From: Phycisphaerae bacterium
GTDB taxonomy: Bacteria; Planctomycetota; Phycisphaerae; Sedimentisphaerales; UBA12454
Direction: 5' to 3'
NCBI GenBank assembly: GCA_041652575.1
Contig: JBAZHC010000003.1
Coordinates: forward strand, 143,052-207,051
Length of the DNA: 64,000 nucleotides
This document shows, one piece after another, positions 8,680 through 17,229 of the stretch. How positions within the stretch are numbered: the stretch's first letter is position 1; each line of letters starts with the position of its first letter. Below the pieces are notes generated by a model that ran no database searches, was not told where the DNA came from, and was given only the letters and a program-made list of their open reading frames with translations. A program made the translations under genes and the position numbers.

Positions 8680-10209
8680 ATGGCAGTCAAACTATCAAAG
8701 GAAGTACAGTTGTTAGGCGATATGGCCAGGGCCTTTGCCGAGTCCCTCGACCTTGAGTTTACACTCAAGGCCATCCTGAAATCTCTCGATACACACGTCA
8801 AACTGCAAAGAGGAACGATTACCCTGCTTGACCCCGGAACGGAAACGATAAATATAAAAGTGGCGCACGGCCTGAGTGAAGAATCTAAACAATTAGGCAG
8901 TTATAAAATCGGTGAAGGCGTTACGGGTACTGTTGTTCAAACCGGCAAAGAAATTGTCGTGCCGGACATTTCAAAAGACAACAGATTTCTTCACAAAACT
9001 CATTCCAGAAGTCAGGCACATGGCAAACAAATCGCCTTTTACTGTGTGCCGATAAAACTCGAAGGCAGAACAATCGGAACTCTCAGTGTCGACAGACAGG
9101 TTCAAAAAGACGATGACGTGGAAGCAAATCTGAATCTCCTGAATGTCATAGCGACAATGGTCGCACAAGCGGTAAAACTCAATAAACTTGTCGAATCCGA
9201 CCGAAGACAGCTTTCAGAAGAAAACCTGCGGCTGAGACAGGAATTAAAAACACACTTCAATATAGACAATATGGTCGGCACAAGCAACGCGATGAAACAA
9301 ATTTACCGCCTTATCGAACAGGTCGCCGACAGCAACGCTACCGTCCTGATTCGCGGAGAAAGCGGAACCGGCAAAGACCTCGTCGCTCACGCAATCCATT
9401 ATAACAGTAACAGGGCAAGTAAGCCTTTCGTAAAGGTAAACTGCACCGCCCTGCCGGAAACACTGCTCGAAAGCGAACTGTTCGGCCATGAAAAAGGCTC
9501 TTTTACAGGGGCAACCGAAAGAAAGGCCGGCAGATTCGAAAGAGCAAACGGCGGTACAATATTCCTCGATGAAATAGGCGATTTTTCCATAAATCTGCAG
9601 GTTAAATTGCTCAGGGTTATTCAATTCAGAGAGTTTGAACGAGTCGGCGGAACCGAAACTATAAAGGCAAATGTACGCATTATCGTTGCTACAAATAAAA
9701 ATCTCGAAGAACAAATTAAGGAAAAACTCTTCAGAGAGGACCTCTATTACAGGATAAACGTTTTTCCAATTTATCTGCCGCCGCTTAGAGAACGAAAAGA
9801 CGATATCATGCTCCTGGCCGATTATTTCCTTGAACAATTCACGAAAGAAAATAACAAAAGAATCACACGCATCTCAACGCCGGCAATCGAAATGCTTACA
9901 AGTTATCACTGGCCGGGGAATATAAGGGAACTTGAAAACTGCATGGAAAGAGCTGTCCTTTTGTGCAATGAAGATGTCATACGTTCCGAACATCTGCCGC
10001 CATCGCTGCAAATGATTAAGAAAAGCGAAACCGCCTCGGGCCGTTCACTTATAGAGATCATAGAAAACAAAGAAAAAGAACTTATCATCGACTCTCTCAA
10101 AAAATACAACGGACAGCAAAGAAGAGCGGCAAAAGAACTGGGACTGACGGAACGAATCCTCGGATACAAAATCAAAAAATACGGGATATTCCCTAAATTG
10201 CTCTCTTAA
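8680..10209 (+). CDS. Sigma-54-dependent transcriptional activator with NifA-like architecture (GAF, AAA+, Fis-type HTH; no receiver domain)
   Basis: A GAF region ([28 protein letters not shown]) is followed by Walker A GESGTGKD, the GAFTGA-type loop [15 protein letters not shown], and a C-terminal HTH ([24 protein letters not shown]). I moved the start to the ATG at 8680, because the 52 aa upstream extension is low-complexity and crosses repeat copy B. Confidence 0.9.
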   Translation: MAVKLSKEVQLLGDMARAFAESLDLEFTLKAILKSLDTHVKLQRGTITLLDPGTETINIKVAHGLSEESKQLGSYKIGEGVTGTVVQTGKEIVVPDISKDNRFLHKTHSRSQAHGKQIAFYCVPIKLEGRTIGTLSVDRQVQKDDDVEANLNLLNVIATMVAQAVKLNKLVESDRRQLSEENLRLRQELKTHFNIDNMVGTSNAMKQIYRLIEQVADSNATVLIRGESGTGKDLVAHAIHYNSNRASKPFVKVNCTALPETLLESELFGHEKGSFTGATERKAGRFERANGGTIFLDEIGDFSINLQVKLLRVIQFREFERVGGTETIKANVRIIVATNKNLEEQIKEKLFREDLYYRINVFPIYLPPLRERKDDIMLLADYFLEQFTKENNKRITRISTPAIEMLTSYHWPGNIRELENCMERAVLLCNEDVIRSEHLPPSLQMIKKSETASGRSLIEIIENKEKELIIDSLKKYNGQQRRAAKELGLTERILGYKIKKYGIFPKLLS

Positions 10210-10212
10210 AAA

Positions 10213-10254
10213 TACAAAATTGTAGTGCAAAAATTCTACTTCTACATTATTGTA
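10213..10254 (+). promoter_or_regulatory. Candidate enhancer (UAS): two perfect TACA-N4-TGTA palindromes 30 bp apart
   Basis: TACAAAATTGTA is at 10213-10224 and TACATTATTGTA at 10243-10254. They lie 134 and 104 bp upstream of the -24 element at 10347. Confidence 0.55.
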
Positions 10255-10346
10255 TTCCAGCACAGCTAAGCCAACTAAAGTTTCTCCACATCGCAACACA
10301 TTGCAAAACAAGCACTTAAGATTAAATTGAAAATTATTGCATTCTT

Positions 10347-10362
10347 TGGCACGAAGATTGCT
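10347..10362 (+). promoter_or_regulatory. Sigma-54 (-24/-12) promoter
   Basis: TGGCAC-GAAGA-TTGCT matches the TGGCAC-N5-TTGC(A/T) consensus. It lies 63 nt upstream of the porin ATG. Confidence 0.8.
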
Positions 10363-10424
10363 TTATGTAAAACGTTAATTGTTTGTTTTTTTATTAACCG
10401 CATTTTTTTAATGGAGACAGAGAA

Positions 10425-11186
10425 ATGAAAAAGTTAGTACTATTGCTGGCATTGTTAGTAGCCTCTTCAGCTGTGTTGGCGGAAGGTGAAGACAAGATTG
10501 GATTTACTATTGGCAGTGACTTCTTCAGCAAGTATGTATGGCGTGGACAATTGCTTAATGACGACTTTGTTTTTCAACCGAGCATCGGCGCCAGTTACAA
10601 GGGATTTACAGCAAGTATCTGGGGCAATGTTGACACAACAAACTATCATGGCGATAGCGGTGAATTTACCGAGTATGATCTGACATTCGATTACAGCGGT
10701 AAATTCAGTGAAGACAGCAAAGTCGGCTATTCGGTAGGTTTAATACATTATCACTTCCCGAGTTTGTCCTATTCGGATACAACGGAACTTTACTGGGGAT
10801 TCAATTTTGACGTACCATTAAGTCCGACTATCAAAGTGTATCATGGCCTCGGCAACGAAAATGGAATATACGCAAACTTCGGTCTGTCGCATACATTTGA
10901 AAAGGTCCTGAAATTTAGCGATACCATTACAGGCGACCTGGCACTTGGAGCTTCTATCGGCTGGGGAAACGGTACATACAATAAAGACTATTGGGGCGTC
11001 GATGAGTCCCGGCTGAACGATTTGGCATTTACAGTCGGCATCCCTATCGATCTGGGCAATGGATGGGCCGTAAAGCCGAGCTTTAACTATGTAGTACTTG
11101 TCGATGGAAAAATTCGTGATACTGACGCATACGGCAAATCCAGTGACTATTTCTTTACGGGTATAAGCATCTCGAAATCTTTTTAA
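10425..11186 (+). CDS. Outer-membrane beta-barrel protein, TorF/Gcw_chp-like putative porin
   Basis: Signal peptide MKKLVLLLALLVASSAVLA, the family-like motif SKYVWRGQLLNDDFVFQPSIGASYKGFTASIWGNVD, alternating beta-strand pattern and a C-terminal F. Confidence 0.6.
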   Translation: MKKLVLLLALLVASSAVLAEGEDKIGFTIGSDFFSKYVWRGQLLNDDFVFQPSIGASYKGFTASIWGNVDTTNYHGDSGEFTEYDLTFDYSGKFSEDSKVGYSVGLIHYHFPSLSYSDTTELYWGFNFDVPLSPTIKVYHGLGNENGIYANFGLSHTFEKVLKFSDTITGDLALGASIGWGNGTYNKDYWGVDESRLNDLAFTVGIPIDLGNGWAVKPSFNYVVLVDGKIRDTDAYGKSSDYFFTGISISKSF

Positions 11187-11226
11187 AAGTTAAGAATCTG
11201 ATTTGTTAAATTTTAAGGAAATTAAA

Positions 11227-12579
11227 ATGAAAAAGGTAAAAATACCTTTGGTGGTGGTTGTTTGTGCCCTGATAGCGGCAATGCCGGCAATATGTATGGC
11301 CGATGAACAAGCGGCACTAACGCTTGAATCCGTCAAAGCGGAACTGCAAAACAACATTAATATCGTCTGGACCTGCGTCGCGGCGTTTCTCGTATTCTTT
11401 ATGCAGGCTGGTTTCGCCCTGGTTGAAACAGGTTTTACGCGGGCTAAAAATTCAGTTAACATCCTGATGAAAAACCTGATGGACTTTGTGATTGGCAGTC
11501 TCGCGTTTTTTCTGCTCGGATTCGGGCTGATGTTTGGCGTCTCAAACGGCTTATTCGGCACCTCTATGTTTGCAATGAACGGGACAGCACCGGGAGACAG
11601 TTGGAATTGGACGTTCCTCATTTTCCAAACTGTATTTGCCGCAACTGCCGCGACAATTGTTTCTGGCGCCATGGCGGAAAGAACAAAATTTATCAGCTAT
11701 TTAGTTTACAGTGCGGTTATTAGCATTGTTATTTATCCCATATTCGGTTCCTGGGCATGGGGCAATCTGCTGCTGACCGACAATCACAGCTGGCTGGCTA
11801 ACATGGGGTTTCATGATTTTGCCGGTTCTACTGTCGTGCATTCAATAGGCGGATGGCTTGCGTTATCTGGTGCTGTTATGCTTGGGCCGCGTCTTGGAAA
11901 ATACGGCCCGGACGGCAAACCGCGTGCTATTCTCGGTCACAGTATGCCGCTGGCAACACTGGGCGTATTTATTCTGTGGTTCGGCTGGTTCGGATTCAAC
12001 CCCGGCAGTACAACCGCGGGTAACGGTCTTGGCGGTTATATCGCGGTTACTACAAATTTAGCTGCTGCAGCGGGAGCTTTAACTGCATTAATCGCATCAT
12101 GGAAAATCATTAAAAAACCGGATATTGGAATGACACTGAACGGTGCGCTTGCCGGCCTGGTAGCAATAACCTGTCCATGTGACGGAGTTTCGCCAATGAG
12201 TGCAATTGCTATTGGCGGTGTCGCAGGAGTTTTGGTAGTTCTCAGCGTATTATTCTTTGATTATGTGCTCAAAATAGATGACCCGGTCGGTGCAGTCAGC
12301 GTTCACGCTGTAAACGGACTATGGGGAACCTTGTCATACGGCCTGTTTGCGATAAACGGCGGTCTGTTTAATGGCGGCGGTTTCAAACTTCTGGGCGTAC
12401 AGTTTATCGGAGCCGCAACTGCCTTCGTATGGGCATTCGGACTCGGTATAATACTATTCTGGATACTTCGCAACTCGGTTGGGCTTCGTACCAGTGCCGA
12501 AGAAGAACTTAAAGGTCTCGATATCGGCGAACACGGCAATGAAGCTTATGCCGGTTTCCAAGTATTCACTACAGAATAA
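11227..12579 (+). CDS. amt: Ammonium transporter (Amt family), copy 1, with signal peptide
   Basis: FFMQAGFALVETGFTRAKN, DFAGSTVVHSIGGW and WFGWFGFNPGS are Amt signatures. The start is set at the ATG at 11227, after AAGGA. Confidence 0.93.
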   Translation: MKKVKIPLVVVVCALIAAMPAICMADEQAALTLESVKAELQNNINIVWTCVAAFLVFFMQAGFALVETGFTRAKNSVNILMKNLMDFVIGSLAFFLLGFGLMFGVSNGLFGTSMFAMNGTAPGDSWNWTFLIFQTVFAATAATIVSGAMAERTKFISYLVYSAVISIVIYPIFGSWAWGNLLLTDNHSWLANMGFHDFAGSTVVHSIGGWLALSGAVMLGPRLGKYGPDGKPRAILGHSMPLATLGVFILWFGWFGFNPGSTTAGNGLGGYIAVTTNLAAAAGALTALIASWKIIKKPDIGMTLNGALAGLVAITCPCDGVSPMSAIAIGGVAGVLVVLSVLFFDYVLKIDDPVGAVSVHAVNGLWGTLSYGLFAINGGLFNGGGFKLLGVQFIGAATAFVWAFGLGIILFWILRNSVGLRTSAEEELKGLDIGEHGNEAYAGFQVFTTE

Positions 12580-12591
12580 GGAGATATAAAT

Positions 12592-12933
12592 ATGAAATTG
12601 ATAATTGCATATATTCAACCACACAAACTCAGTGATGTAAAACAAGCTCTGTACAAAGCAGAGGTTCACAAAATGAGCGTAACGAACTCACTGGGCTGCG
12701 GGCAGCAAAAAGGTTACCACGAATCGTACCGTGGGGTTGGCATCGAGGTCAATCTTTTAAAGAAGGTGCGGCTCGAAGTCGCCGTCAATGAAGGCTTCGT
12801 CGAAAAAACCGTAAAAGCCATTATAGATGGTGCAAGAACAGGACAAATAGGTGACGGTAAAATATTTATTATTGACCTGCCGGAATGTATAAGAATCCGG
12901 ACAGGTGAACGAGGAGGTGAAGCAATCGGATAA
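12592..12933 (+). CDS. glnK: P-II nitrogen regulatory protein, copy 1
   Basis: 112 aa. The T-loop is [20 protein letters not shown] and the B-loop/C-terminus is [30 protein letters not shown]. It lies immediately downstream of amt. Confidence 0.93.
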   Translation: MKLIIAYIQPHKLSDVKQALYKAEVHKMSVTNSLGCGQQKGYHESYRGVGIEVNLLKKVRLEVAVNEGFVEKTVKAIIDGARTGQIGDGKIFIIDLPECIRIRTGERGGEAIG

Positions 12934-12963
12934 TATTGACCTTAACCAGTCGTCCATAGAGAA

Positions 12964-12986
12964 GGCACCACTTCCAAAATTGTGCC
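12964..12986 (+). other. Conserved 3'-UTR hairpin after glnK copy 1, with a CACTTCC loop
   Basis: GGCAC-cacttccaaaatt-GTGCC is part of a roughly 50 nt block that starts at the stop codon. The block is conserved after glnK copy 2 (14966-15016). Confidence 0.5.
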
Positions 12987-12995
12987 CTGAACTTT

Positions 12996-13022
12996 AAGGG
13001 GTCCGTAATAGCCGGGCCCCTT
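12996..13022 (+). terminator. Terminator-like GC hairpin after glnK copy 1
   Basis: AAGGGGTCC-gtaatagcc-GGGCCCCTT forms a 9 bp stem with one G-U pair. There is no clean T-tract. Confidence 0.45.
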
Positions 13023-13043
13023 GGTTCATAAATCCAAAAAATC

Positions 13044-13085
13044 TACATTTTCGTATTTCGCCAACAGTTATATTACATTATTGTA
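13044..13085 (+). promoter_or_regulatory. Candidate enhancer: TACATTTTCGTA and TACATTATTGTA, 30 bp apart
   Basis: The sites are at 13044-13055 and 13074-13085, which is 132 and 102 bp upstream of the -24 element at 13176. Confidence 0.55.
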
Positions 13086-13175
13086 ATTATCGCCAAACAC
13101 AACAAGCCGAATAAATTTTCCATAACTTATTTATAAATAAACAGTTAAAAGAATTTATACACAAAAAATAACGAT

Positions 13176-13191
13176 TGGCACAATTATTGCA
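13176..13191 (+). promoter_or_regulatory. Sigma-54 (-24/-12) promoter
   Basis: TGGCAC-AATTA-TTGCA is a perfect consensus. The 16-mer is identical to the one at 15193. Confidence 0.85.
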
Positions 13192-13294
13192 ATTAATAAT
13201 TCAATAGCTATTCATTAACATGGACGACTGCAAAAATTTGAAAAAGTTTTTGCAGAATTATTAATTTTATTAACTCAATTTTAGGACACAAAAA

Positions 13295-14596
13295 ATGACT
13301 ATGGACACAAAAGTAATGGTAGACACGATGTGGGTTCTGATAACCGCGTTTCTCGTTTTCTTTATGAACCTTGGCTTTGCCGCGGTGGAATCTGGATTTG
13401 CGAGAGCAAAAAACTGCGTAAATATCATGTCTAAAAATTTTGTTGTATTCGCAGTCTCCTCGCTGGGGTTCTTATTTATAGGATGGGGAATAATGTTCGG
13501 CGACGGTAACGGCTTTTTAGGATTACATGGTCTGTTCTTCGTCGGCGGTGCGGATAATTCGCCTGCAATAGGAGAGGCTTATAAGGGAGTATATTCCGCT
13601 ATATCCTGGACAGGTGTGCCGTTATGGGCAAAATTTTTCTTCCAATTGGTTTTCTGCGGCACTGCGGCAACCATCGTTTCGGGAGCGGTAGCTGAACGCA
13701 TCAAATATATAGCATTCATTTTCTTCTCTTTTGTTATGACAATGCTGATTTATCCGGTCATCGGTCACTGGGTATGGGGCGGCGGATGGCTTGCAAAAAT
13801 GGGAATGTTCGATTTTGCAGGTTCAACGGTCGTGCATAGTGTCGGCGGATGGGCGGCTTTGGCGGGCGTGATAGTGCTCGGACCGCGAATTGGAAAATAC
13901 GACAATGGTCATATTAAAGCCATACCCGGCCACAATCTTTCGTTGGCAACTATTGGAACATTCGTTTTGTGGTTCGGCTGGTTCGGATTTAATCCCGGCT
14001 CTACAATGGCCGCCGACCCCGGAGCAATCGCACACATTGCTGTAACTACCAATACGGCAGCTGCGGCAGCCATTATGAGCGCAACTATACTTTCGTGGCT
14101 ATTGATGGGCAAACCTGATTTGGGAATGACCCTTAATGGATGCCTTGCAGGGTTAGTCGCAATTACAGCTCCATGTGCATTTGTCAGCGTCGGAAGTTCC
14201 CTGGTAATAGGCCTTGTAGCAGGCGTACTGGTCGTGTTGGCTGTAATGATGTTTGACAAATTTCGGCTGGACGATCCGGTAGGCGCTTTATCAGTCCACC
14301 TTGTCAACGGCGTATTCGGAACTCTGTGCGTTGGTCTGTTCGCTCAAGACAAACTCACCGGAACCGCAACAGGCAACGGCCTGTTCTACGGCGGCGGTCT
14401 TAAACTGCTCGGAGTTCAATTTACTGCTGTGGTTTCAGTCGGCCTGTTCGTATTCATAGTTGCATTGGTAACATGGTCGATTCTGAAAGCTGTTATGGGC
14501 ATTCGCGTTTCGCGTGAAGAAGAACTGCGGGGCCTTGATATCGGCGAACATGGAAATGAAGCTTACGCAGGATTCCAGGTATTTACTACAGAATAA
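13295..14596 (+). CDS. amt: Ammonium transporter (Amt family), copy 2, no signal peptide
   Basis: It has the same signatures as copy 1. The C-terminal 25 aa are nearly identical to copy 1 (EELRGLDIGEHGNEAYAGFQVFTTE). Confidence 0.93.
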   Translation: MTMDTKVMVDTMWVLITAFLVFFMNLGFAAVESGFARAKNCVNIMSKNFVVFAVSSLGFLFIGWGIMFGDGNGFLGLHGLFFVGGADNSPAIGEAYKGVYSAISWTGVPLWAKFFFQLVFCGTAATIVSGAVAERIKYIAFIFFSFVMTMLIYPVIGHWVWGGGWLAKMGMFDFAGSTVVHSVGGWAALAGVIVLGPRIGKYDNGHIKAIPGHNLSLATIGTFVLWFGWFGFNPGSTMAADPGAIAHIAVTTNTAAAAAIMSATILSWLLMGKPDLGMTLNGCLAGLVAITAPCAFVSVGSSLVIGLVAGVLVVLAVMMFDKFRLDDPVGALSVHLVNGVFGTLCVGLFAQDKLTGTATGNGLFYGGGLKLLGVQFTAVVSVGLFVFIVALVTWSILKAVMGIRVSREEELRGLDIGEHGNEAYAGFQVFTTE

Positions 14597-14623
14597 TAAC
14601 TTAACTATAAATGGAGATATAAT

Positions 14624-14965
14624 ATGAAACTTATAATCGCATATATTCAGCCTCACAAGCTTAATGACGTAAAACAATCTCTGTTCAAAGCTGAAGTTTA
14701 TAAAGTATCCGTAACAAACTCATTAGGCTGCGGACAGCAAAAAGGCTACCACGAGTCGTATCGCGGCGTACCGATTGAAGTGAATCTTCTAAAGAAAGTG
14801 CGTCTTGAAATAGCGGTAAATGAAAACTTTGTCGATAGAACTGTAAAGGCAATCATCGACGGCGCAAGAACCGGACAAATCGGAGACGGCAAAATCTTTG
14901 TTATTGACCTGCCGGAATGTATAAGAATCCGCACCGGCGAGCGAGGCGGCGAAGCTATCGGTTAA
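14624..14965 (+). CDS. glnK: P-II nitrogen regulatory protein, copy 2
   Basis: It differs from copy 1 at 11 of 112 positions by hand count. The T-loop is [20 protein letters not shown]. Confidence 0.93.
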   Translation: MKLIIAYIQPHKLNDVKQSLFKAEVYKVSVTNSLGCGQQKGYHESYRGVPIEVNLLKKVRLEIAVNENFVDRTVKAIIDGARTGQIGDGKIFVIDLPECIRIRTGERGGEAIG

Positions 14966-14995
14966 AAACTGACTTAAACAGTCGTCCGTATAAAA

Positions 14996-15016
14996 GGCAC
15001 CACTTCCTAAAGTGCC
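14996..15016 (+). other. Conserved 3'-UTR hairpin after glnK copy 2, with a CACTTCC loop
   Basis: GGCAC-cacttcctaaa-GTGCC. The stretch 14997-15008 (GCACCACTTCCT) is the exact reverse complement of 15269-15280 (AGGAAGTGGTGC), which covers the amt copy 3 RBS. Confidence 0.5.
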
Positions 15017-15025
15017 AAGAGATTA

Positions 15026-15047
15026 GGGACTCGACTCTCCGAGTCCC
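15026..15047 (+). terminator. Terminator-like hairpin after glnK copy 2
   Basis: GGGACTCG-actctc-CGAGTCCC is a perfect 8 bp stem, followed by tgattctct. Confidence 0.5.
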
Positions 15048-15072
15048 TGATTCTCTAACAATGTAGAGAAAC

Positions 15073-15114
15073 TACATAAATGTATTTTTTCTGCGTTTAA
15101 ATCACAAATATGTA
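15073..15114 (+). promoter_or_regulatory. Candidate enhancer: TACATAAATGTA and CACAAATATGTA, 30 bp apart
   Basis: The sites are at 15073-15084 and 15103-15114, which is 120 and 90 bp upstream of the -24 element at 15193. Confidence 0.5.
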
Positions 15115-15192
15115 TAAAACACAAACTCGCTAAATCTGCGACAAATCATTTAACTTTCTTCATAAGCGGCACTTAAGCGGAAATACATAAAC

Positions 15193-15208
15193 TGGCACAA
15201 TTATTGCA
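15193..15208 (+). promoter_or_regulatory. Sigma-54 (-24/-12) promoter
   Basis: TGGCAC-AATTA-TTGCA is a perfect consensus, 75 nt upstream of the ATG at 15283. Confidence 0.85.
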
Positions 15209-15282
15209 TATAACTAAAGAGTAAAATCTGGATTAATTGACTAACTAAAACATTTGCATAATTTGGAAAGGAAGTGGTGCTA

Positions 15283-16605
15283 ATGAAGGTTAGTGTATGC
15301 AAACTGATTTGCTGCGCGATTTTTTTGTCACTTACCGCAGATCTGTGTCTTGCCCAGGAAACGACAACTGTTCTCAAAGTTGACAGCGGAGATACCGCAT
15401 GGGTTCTTATGTCTGCGGCTCTCGTAATGCTGATGACACCGGGCCTGGCGTTCTTCTATGGCGGGCTTGTTAGGCGTAAAAATCACCTCAGTGTTTTAAT
15501 GCAGTGTTTCATTGCACTGGCGGCTCTTAGCATTCAATGGGTTGTGTTCGGTTACAGTCTGTCTTTTGCACCCGGCAACGGCTTTATGGGAGGCCTGCAA
15601 TGGTTCGGACTCAAAGGTGTCAGACTCGAACCTTATGCCGCTTACAGCTCGACAATTCCACACCAGGCATTTATGATTTTCCAGGCAATGTTCGCGGTCA
15701 TTACACCTGCACTTATTATTGGCGCATTTGCAGAGCGAATGAAATTCTCGGCATATCTTATTTTCATATTGTTATGGGCAACGTTTGTATATGACCCAAT
15801 CACGCACTGGGTCTGGGGCCAGGGCGGATGGCTTAGGGATATGGGCGTTCTGGATTTCGCAGGCGGAACAGTAGTTCACATAAACGCAGGCATCGCGGCT
15901 TTAGTTACCGCGTTAATGATAGGTAAAAGGTCCTGTTACGATAAATACGCCATCGCACCGCATAATCTGCCGTTCAGCGTTTTAGGAGCCGCCCTGCTTT
16001 GGTTCGGCTGGTTCGGTTTCAATGCCGGCAGCGCACTGGCTGCAAACGGTATAGCCGTAAACGCATTTGTCGTTACCAATACCGCAGGAGCCGCTGCTGC
16101 ACTGACATGGGCGTTTATCGACTGGAAACTAAACGGCAATCCGACTATGCTCGGTACGATATCAGGAGCAATCGCGGGTCTGGCGGCAATCACACCGGCG
16201 GCAGGATTTGTCGGAATAGGAGCGGCCCTGGTAATTGGTGTCGTCGCAAGCATTCTTTGCTTCATCGCCGTAAGTTTCGTAAAACGAAAATTAGGTTATG
16301 ACGATTCGCTCGACGCCTTCGGTGTGCACGGCATAAGCGGCTTCTGGGGAACATTAGCTGCGGGATTGTTCGCTTCAAAAGCCATAAACCCGGCCGGTGC
16401 CGATGGCTTGATGGCTGGAAATCCAAAACAATTTATGACTCAGCTTATCGCGGTAGCCGTGACTTTGGCTTATGCTTTTATTGGAACATACATTATTTAT
16501 AAATTAATTGATGTAGTCATCGGCGTACGGGCCACTGAGGAAAATGAAGCGATAGGACTCGACCTGACCGAGCACAACGAACGTGCTTATACTATGCTCG
16601 AATAA
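15283..16605 (+). CDS. amtB: Ammonium transporter, AmtB type, copy 3, with signal peptide
   Basis: DSGDTAWVLMSAALVMLMTPGLAFFYGG, DFAGGTVVHINAG and WFGWFGFNAGS. The start is set at the ATG at 15283, after GGAAAGGAAG; the ORF track uses the GTG at 15274. Confidence 0.92.
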   Translation: MKVSVCKLICCAIFLSLTADLCLAQETTTVLKVDSGDTAWVLMSAALVMLMTPGLAFFYGGLVRRKNHLSVLMQCFIALAALSIQWVVFGYSLSFAPGNGFMGGLQWFGLKGVRLEPYAAYSSTIPHQAFMIFQAMFAVITPALIIGAFAERMKFSAYLIFILLWATFVYDPITHWVWGQGGWLRDMGVLDFAGGTVVHINAGIAALVTALMIGKRSCYDKYAIAPHNLPFSVLGAALLWFGWFGFNAGSALAANGIAVNAFVVTNTAGAAAALTWAFIDWKLNGNPTMLGTISGAIAGLAAITPAAGFVGIGAALVIGVVASILCFIAVSFVKRKLGYDDSLDAFGVHGISGFWGTLAAGLFASKAINPAGADGLMAGNPKQFMTQLIAVAVTLAYAFIGTYIIYKLIDVVIGVRATEENEAIGLDLTEHNERAYTMLE

Positions 16606-16623
16606 AAGAAAGGGAAACCAAAT

Positions 16624-16965
16624 ATGAAACTGGTAATAGCGATAATTCAGCCTCACAGGCTCGAACAGGTAAAAGAAGAACTCTATAAAGAAGAAGTCAA
16701 TCTCATTACCGTAAGCGAAGTTTTGGGCCACGGCAGACAAAAAGGCGTTACCGAAATTTATCGCGGTATGAAAGAAACCGGCAACCTGCTGCGGAAAATC
16801 CGTATCGAAATAGCGATAAACGAAAACTACGTTGAACGGACAATAAAAGCGATTACCACCGGTGCCAAAACAGGCCAGACCGGAGACGGGAAAATCTTCG
16901 TTGTCGACCTGCCTGAATGCGTCAGAATCCGGACAGGTGAACGCGGAGGCGAAGCTATAGGCTAA
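16624..16965 (+). CDS. glnK: P-II nitrogen regulatory protein, copy 3 (divergent)
   Basis: The T-loop is GHGRQKGVTEIYRGMKETGN and the C-terminus [31 protein letters not shown]. Confidence 0.92.
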   Translation: MKLVIAIIQPHRLEQVKEELYKEEVNLITVSEVLGHGRQKGVTEIYRGMKETGNLLRKIRIEIAINENYVERTIKAITTGAKTGQTGDGKIFVVDLPECVRIRTGERGGEAIG

Positions 16966-16976
16966 AATAACGAGGC

Positions 16977-16998
16977 AAATCAACATATTTGTTGATTT
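16977..16998 (+). terminator. Weak AT-rich hairpin after glnK copy 3
   Basis: AAATCAAC-atattt-GTTGATTT forms an 8 bp stem. Confidence 0.35.
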
Positions 16999-17012
16999 AT
17001 CCGGCAGTTTGA

Positions 17013-17071
17013 AACAATTATGTAATAATTACAATTTCGTAGATTCACAGAAGAAAATCTACAATTATGTA
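17013..17071 (+). promoter_or_regulatory. Candidate enhancer: three palindromic sites upstream of the GS-III promoter
   Basis: AACAATTATGTA is at 17013-17024, TACAATTTCGTA at 17030-17041 and TACAATTATGTA at 17060-17071. The last two are 30 bp apart and lie 131 and 101 bp upstream of the -24 element at 17161. Confidence 0.55.
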
Positions 17072-17160
17072 CTTAATGATAATTTTATATTGAAATAAAA
17101 TATTTTTGTAATATCTTTAACAGCAAGGCGCTACAATAAAATATTGCCGTAAAATCTGGT

Positions 17161-17176
17161 TGGTATGATAATTGCA
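17161..17176 (+). promoter_or_regulatory. Sigma-54 (-24/-12) promoter
   Basis: TGGTAT-GATAA-TTGCA keeps the GG-N10-GC spacing. It lies 54 nt upstream of the GS-III ATG. Confidence 0.7.
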
Positions 17177-17229
17177 TATATGTAGATTACTTGGGATTAT
17201 AATATCTTTTAAAATACAGGAGTATAAAA

